Shown here piece by piece: positions 27,978-32,000 of a DNA stretch of 32,000 bases. The notes below the pieces were generated by a model, which made no database searches, was not told the DNA's origin, and saw nothing but the letters and a program-made list of their open reading frames with translations. This stretch comes from Synechococcus sp. A15-24 (GTDB taxonomy: Bacteria; Cyanobacteriota; Cyanobacteriia; PCC-6307; Cyanobiaceae), in the NCBI RefSeq assembly GCF_014280195.1, contig NZ_CP047960.1:1860001-1892000 (forward strand), written 5' to 3'. How positions within the stretch are numbered: position 1 is the first letter of the stretch; each line of letters opens with the position of its first letter. The position numbers and the translations under genes were made by a program.

Positions 27978-29255
27978 ATGCCGCGCTCGGCCCTGAAGCC
28001 GCTGCTGGTGGGGGTTCTGGCCTTGCTGCTCCTGCTCAGCGCCCCGCTTGGGGTTGCAGCCCTGCCGAGCTGGCTGAGCCGCGGCCCTGCTCAGCAGCAA
28101 CCGATTCCGAGCCAGGGCCCCTCCGGACGTCTCCAGGAGCTTGCTCCGCCAGGAGCGGTTCAGCAACTCAAGCACCAACTCGCAGGCCGGCATCCCCAGC
28201 TCACCCTGGTAAGTCCCGCCGATGACAACGTCGTTAAGAGTGATGCTGTCGAGCTGGTCCTGGACGTGCAGGACTGGCCGGTGAGCCTGGACCCAGACCT
28301 GGGCATCGGTCCCCATGTGGCCGTGCAGGTGGATGACCTACCCCTGATCCGACTTGATCAACTCACGAATGGAAAGCTGCGGTTGAAGCTCGACGATCTA
28401 ACGCCGGGGAGCCATCGTTTCAGCGCCTGGGCCGCCTATCCCTGGGGGGAAGCGGTGACAGCCCCGGGCGGTGCCATTCAAGGACGACTGCACCTTTGGC
28501 AGCGCCTGAACGCCACCCAGCCAGCGTCAGATGCCCCATGGGTTGTGCCGGTTCCACCCGCCAACGAAGAAAACCAGCAACCGCTGATGCTGGATTGGCT
28601 GATCTGGAATGCCCCACTTCAAAATCTTCGCGATGGAGACGGCCGCTGGCGCATCCGTATCAGCGTTGATGGCGACAGTTTTCTGACGGACCATCAGGAA
28701 GCGATCTGGCTGAAAGGGACAGGTAGCAACGGCACCACACTGCAGCTGGAGCTGCTGGATGGCCAGGGCGAACCACTGCAGCCCGTGTTCAACAATCGCC
28801 TGATCCGATTGGAGGCCGGCCGCCGTGACAGACCCGTCTGGCTCAAAGCCCGGCTCAGTGAAGACGAACTGGAGCGTTTGAGCGGTACGCCCCGGCAAGA
28901 GCGCATCGACCCGGAGCCCTCATTGCAACGCAGTCCCGCAGAGGAAGAGCAAAACGACGATCAAGAAGCTCAGGAGCAAGCGCAACAAGCCGACGTTGCT
29001 TCTGAACCCGTCGTCGCAACCGCCGAAGAACCGACCACAGAGCCTGATCTTGCAACCGTTGACGACTCCATTGAGGAAGCCGTTGACAACGACGATGACC
29101 CAACACCCCCGATGGACCCGGCACCAGCACCGCAACAGCTCGAACCGGACCCTGCTCCCGTCCGTCAGCCTGAACCGCTGCTGCGGCCGGAATCCAGCCT
29201 GGGAGGATCAGCCCGGGAGCTGCTGAATCCGGATGGACGTCTCAAGCAGCCCTAA
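27978..29255 (+). CDS. Secreted/lumenal protein of unknown function with beta-rich body and acidic, Pro-rich disordered C-terminal tail (425 aa)
   Basis: Sec-type signal peptide MPRSALKPLLVGVLALLLLLSAPLGVAALPS. The last 110 aa or so are rich in E/D/Q/P (EEEQNDDQEAQEQAQQ...DDDPTPPMDPAPAPQQLEPDPAP). Divergent from psaAB. Confidence 0.75.
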   Translation: MPRSALKPLLVGVLALLLLLSAPLGVAALPSWLSRGPAQQQPIPSQGPSGRLQELAPPGAVQQLKHQLAGRHPQLTLVSPADDNVVKSDAVELVLDVQDWPVSLDPDLGIGPHVAVQVDDLPLIRLDQLTNGKLRLKLDDLTPGSHRFSAWAAYPWGEAVTAPGGAIQGRLHLWQRLNATQPASDAPWVVPVPPANEENQQPLMLDWLIWNAPLQNLRDGDGRWRIRISVDGDSFLTDHQEAIWLKGTGSNGTTLQLELLDGQGEPLQPVFNNRLIRLEAGRRDRPVWLKARLSEDELERLSGTPRQERIDPEPSLQRSPAEEEQNDDQEAQEQAQQADVASEPVVATAEEPTTEPDLATVDDSIEEAVDNDDDPTPPMDPAPAPQQLEPDPAPVRQPEPLLRPESSLGGSARELLNPDGRLKQP

Positions 29256-29449
29256 GCCACGTTCTGCCAGCGACCGCCCTGACTTCGCCCACCCCACAGA
29301 CCCTTGATTGCGGCATCGGCATCGGCCTTTCCGCCGCCAGCGAACCCCTGCTGGATCGCCTGAAGCGGAGTGGTCAGATCCAGGAAGCCCATCGAGCTGA
29401 TGGAGCGATCAAGGAGCTGCTCTTTGGCCACTGGCGGGTTGAACAAACG

Positions 29450-31066
29450 TTGTTGTTCATTGGCGCGGTTGGTGCTGTGACCCGGCTGATCGCCCCTCTG
29501 ATCCAAGGCAAGGAGCGGGATCCAGCCGTTCTCGTGCTGGATCCGAAGGGATGGTGGGTCATCCCCTTGCTGGGGGGCCACAGCAGTGGTGCTGAGCAAC
29601 GGGCGCGGGAACTGGCAGGGATGCTGCAGGCCAGCGCCGTCCTGACCGGAGCCTGTGCCACAGAGGATCGCCTGGCGCTCGATGCCTTCGGTGAGGGCTG
29701 GGGCTGGCGGCGCGCTGGCAGCAGCACTGCCTGGCGGCAGTTGATGCAGCAACAGGCGTGCTCGGAACGGCTGACCGTCGCCCAGACCTCTGGTGCTACC
29801 GATTGGCAGCGCCAACATCCCGCGCTGGAGAGCGTGACCAGTGCGAACGAGGCACAGCTCAGCATCGGCGCCGCCAACCAGGCCCCCTGCCGCTGGCATC
29901 CCGCCAGCCTCTGGCTGGGGGTGGGCTGTGAACGCAACACCAGTCTGGCGTTGGTGCAACGGGCGATCCGGGAGGTCCTGGCTCAGGCGGGACTGGCTGA
30001 AGCAGCAGTCGCCGGCCTGGCAAGCATCGATCGCAAAGCGGATGAGCCAGCCCTGCTGGAGCTGAGCGAGCAATGGCAATGGCCCTTCCGCACCTACGAC
30101 GCAACGGCGCTTGGAACGGTCGAGGTGCCAACCCCATCGGACGTGGTGCTCGCCGAGATGGGCACCGCCTCGGTGGCGGAGGCAGCCGCTCTGCTGGTAG
30201 CCGGAGAGGGGGCTGTCCTGCGCCAAAACAAAGTGATTCGCCATGCCGCCACCGGGGAACAGGGCGCGGTGACCGTGGCGGTTGCCGAAGCCAAGCTCCC
30301 CTTCGCCCCATCGCGGGGGGAACTGCATCTGATCGGCAGTGGCCCTGGGGATTTATCGCTGCTCAGTGGTGACGCCCGCCAAGCCCTCGCCCGTTGCACG
30401 GCGTGGGTGGGCTACGGGCTTTATCTCGACCTGCTGGAGCCGTTGCGACAGGTGCATCAGGTGCGTCTGGACGGCCAGCTCACCCGTGAATGGGAACGCT
30501 GCGCTCAGGCTCTCAGCTTGGCTCAACAGGGAGCGCGGGTCGCCCTGATCTCCTCAGGAGACAGTGGGATCTACGGCATGGCCGGGCTGGCCCTGGAGTT
30601 GTGGCTGCAGCAGCCGGAACAGGATCGGCCGAGCTTTCAGGTGCATCCGGGCATCTCAGCCCTGCAGCTGGCGGCAGCCCGTGTGGGAGCACCCTTGATG
30701 CACGACTTCTGCACGGTGAGCCTCAGTGATCGACTGACCCCCTGGCCCGTCATTGAGCAACGGCTGCGGGCCGCGGGGTCAGGGGATTTCGTCGTGGCGT
30801 TGTACAACCCACGGTCCAAGGGCCGCGACTGGCAACTGGCCAAGGCGCGGGACCTATTGCTGGAACACCGCAGGGGCGAAACGCCAGTGCTATTAGCCCG
30901 GCAGCTGGGACGCAGCGATGAATCGCAGCAACTCACCGATCTCAGCAGCCTGGAGCCTGATCAGGTGGACATGCTCACCGTGGTGTTGATCGGCAACAGC
31001 AGCAGCTACGCCCGCGATGGTCGGATAGTGACACCCAGGGGATATCCCGGTGCCACCCTTCCGTGA
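29450..31066 (+). CDS. cobJ: Bifunctional CbiG (cobalt-precorrin-5A hydrolase) / precorrin-3B or cobalt-factor-III C17-methyltransferase (CobJ/CbiH) fusion
   Basis: CbiG_N-like FIGAVGAVTRLIAPLIQGKERDPAVLVLDPKGWWVIPLLGGHSSGA. CbiG_C-like LWLGVGCERNTS...SIDRKADEPALLEL...ASVAEAAALL. TP-methylase domain LHLIGSGPGDLSLLSGDA...ISSGDSGIYGMAGL. The true start is probably upstream of 29450 (see findings). Confidence 0.88.
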   Translation: MLFIGAVGAVTRLIAPLIQGKERDPAVLVLDPKGWWVIPLLGGHSSGAEQRARELAGMLQASAVLTGACATEDRLALDAFGEGWGWRRAGSSTAWRQLMQQQACSERLTVAQTSGATDWQRQHPALESVTSANEAQLSIGAANQAPCRWHPASLWLGVGCERNTSLALVQRAIREVLAQAGLAEAAVAGLASIDRKADEPALLELSEQWQWPFRTYDATALGTVEVPTPSDVVLAEMGTASVAEAAALLVAGEGAVLRQNKVIRHAATGEQGAVTVAVAEAKLPFAPSRGELHLIGSGPGDLSLLSGDARQALARCTAWVGYGLYLDLLEPLRQVHQVRLDGQLTREWERCAQALSLAQQGARVALISSGDSGIYGMAGLALELWLQQPEQDRPSFQVHPGISALQLAAARVGAPLMHDFCTVSLSDRLTPWPVIEQRLRAAGSGDFVVALYNPRSKGRDWQLAKARDLLLEHRRGETPVLLARQLGRSDESQQLTDLSSLEPDQVDMLTVVLIGNSSSYARDGRIVTPRGYPGATLP

Positions 31067-31087
31067 CCAATGGAAGACCCTCCCCTA

Positions 31088-31228
31088 GGGTTTGGGTCTG
31101 GTTTCAGCGGGGATCAGCCGCTGATGGAAACGGGGAAAGAACGGTGCAAATCCGTCGCTGTCCCGCAGCTGTAAAGCGTCCGGCCCCGCCGGCATCAGTT
31201 AGAATTCCCGCCAGGAGCACTACCGACG
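31088..31228 (+). promoter_or_regulatory. Cobalamin (B12) riboswitch
   Basis: Conserved core GGGAAAGAACGGTGCAAATCCGTCGCTGTCCCGCAGCTGTAA (31133-31174). B12-box-like CAGTTAGAATTCCCGCC (31196-31212). Upstream hairpin CAGCGG-GGATCAG-CCGCTG. Lies immediately 5' of a HupE/UreJ gene. Boundaries are approximate. Confidence 0.85.
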
Positions 31229-31238
31229 AGGATCGACT

Positions 31239-31868
31239 TTGACCAATCTTCTGGCTTCTCCCCGGCCTCTGCGCCAGGCCGCCGTTGCCGCATTGGCCTT
31301 GCTATTGATCGCCAGCCCAGCCTTTGCCCACCATCCCTTCGGTATGGGCGACAGCGGTGCGCTGACCGTCTGGCAGGGACTGCTGAGTGGCCTGGGTCAC
31401 CCGCTGCTGGGGCCTGACCATCTGCTGTTCCTGCTTGCCCTTGGCTTTGTTGGCCTGCAACGCCCGCTGCGCTGGGTGCTGCCGCTGTTGGCGATCGGTC
31501 TTGGCGGCAGCCTGCTGTCGCAATTCATTCCCCTGCCCGACGCAGTGGCGCCCTGGGCCGAAGCCCTGGTGTCCCTCAGCCTTGCGGTCGAAGGCCTGAT
31601 CGCCCTGAGCATGGCCCCCGCCGCCTGGCTGCTGCCCCTGTTCGGCCTGCATGGTTTCCTCCTTGGCAGCACGATCGTCGGGGCGGAACCCAGCCCTCTG
31701 CTGAGCTACTTCCTGGGCCTGCTTCTGGCCCAGGGCAGCCTGTTGCTGCTCGTCACCGCCTGGTCCCAGGGCCTGGTGGAACGTCTGGCAGACCAAGGCC
31801 GGCGGCTCGGAGCTGGCATCTGGATCGGTATCGGCATGGCTTTTGCCTGGGTCGCGCTGATCGACTGA
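31239..31868 (+). CDS. hupE: HupE/UreJ-family transporter (predicted cobalt uptake)
   Basis: TTG start 6 nt after GAGGA. Signal-like N-terminus, then AHHPFG...GLGHPLLGPDHLLFLLALG (HupE/UreJ signature) and several TM helices. 209 aa. Confidence 0.85.
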   Translation: MTNLLASPRPLRQAAVAALALLLIASPAFAHHPFGMGDSGALTVWQGLLSGLGHPLLGPDHLLFLLALGFVGLQRPLRWVLPLLAIGLGGSLLSQFIPLPDAVAPWAEALVSLSLAVEGLIALSMAPAAWLLPLFGLHGFLLGSTIVGAEPSPLLSYFLGLLLAQGSLLLLVTAWSQGLVERLADQGRRLGAGIWIGIGMAFAWVALID

Positions 31869-32000
31869 CCACATCCTTGGCATCTTCCCATGTTCGTCAG
31901 CTCGTCGCACCTGCTGCTGTAGTGCTGTCCCTGGCGTGTGCGCCCTTGGCCAGGGCGCAGGTGAGCAACGTCAGTCCATTCACGGCTGTGCAATTCACGG

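Noticed and set aside
230-30328. Many long ORFs antisense to or overlapping recognised genes. Examples: 230-913(-), 2831-3823(-), 6893-7738(-), 12494-13492(-), 14747-15484(-), 19170-20171(-), 23656-24732(+), 26155-26949(+), 29252-30328(-).
   Set aside because: These are typical shadow ORFs of roughly 60% GC DNA. Their translations are low-complexity R/G/A/P/H-rich with no recognisable motifs. Each lies opposite a gene whose product is unmistakable (ribosomal proteins, Alr, AcrB, PsaA/B, CbiG).
31890-32000. Possible start of another gene at the window edge. ATG 31890 gives MFVSSSHLLL then a stop. GTG 31922 gives VLSLACAPLARAQVSNVSPFTAVQFT..., which looks like the end of a signal peptide.
   Set aside because: The two pieces are in different frames. 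The GTG-initiated version lacks a charged n-region. Only 26 codons are visible, which is too little to support a call.
1-32000. A scan for CRISPR arrays, tandem or inverted terminal repeats, transposases, integrases, toxin-antitoxin pairs, retron/DGR reverse transcriptases and known defence-system genes.
   Set aside because: I found none by eye. There are no regularly spaced repeats, and every ORF over 100 aa outside 20.6-22.9 kb and 27.9-29.3 kb has a recognisable housekeeping identity.

Overview
This 32-kb window looks like a high-GC marine Synechococcus-type picocyanobacterial chromosome. That assignment is my inference from gene content, protein sequences and GC; I ran no searches. Almost all of it is core genome.

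Gene content in order:
- 1-8.4 kb: the 3' part of the S10/spc/alpha ribosomal super-operon on the + strand (rpsQ' rplN rplX rplE rpsH rplF rplR rpsE rplO secY adk rpmJ rpsM rpsK rpoA rplQ). It has the usual cyanobacterial layout, with no rpsN, rpmD, infA or rpsD.
- 8.4-11.7 kb: truA, rplM-rpsI, rpmE, prfA.
- 11.7-16.7 kb: a convergent stand-alone HNH nuclease, then a cell-envelope neighbourhood (alr, tRNA-Ser(GCU), a class-A beta-lactamase-like serine hydrolase back-to-back with an SH3+NlpC/P60 peptidase, a GtrB/ArnC-like GT2) and a membrane-anchored HEAT-repeat protein.
- 16.7-17.5 kb: psaI-psaL with a strong terminator.
- 17.5-23 kb: the least ordinary stretch. An AcrB-type RND pump with no adaptor gene is translationally coupled to a sulfotransferase-fold-like gene, and that gene is split by one in-frame TGA. 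It is followed by a convergent DUF3598-like gene plus a small secreted-protein gene, in patchily AT-richer DNA.
- 23-27.6 kb: psaB and psaA on the - strand, with a terminator and a 400-nt AT-rich upstream region.
- 27.9-31.9 kb: a secreted protein with an acidic tail, a CbiG-CobJ/CbiH fusion, and a cobalamin riboswitch in front of a HupE/UreJ (predicted cobalt) transporter.

I saw no CRISPR array, transposase, integrase, phage genes or recognisable defence system. My honest reading is an ordinary core region with a handful of modest oddities. The best candidate for something undescribed is the RND pump plus split sulfotransferase-like unit and the adjacent DUF3598/small secreted pair. All protein identifications come from recognising conserved motifs by eye, not from database searches.
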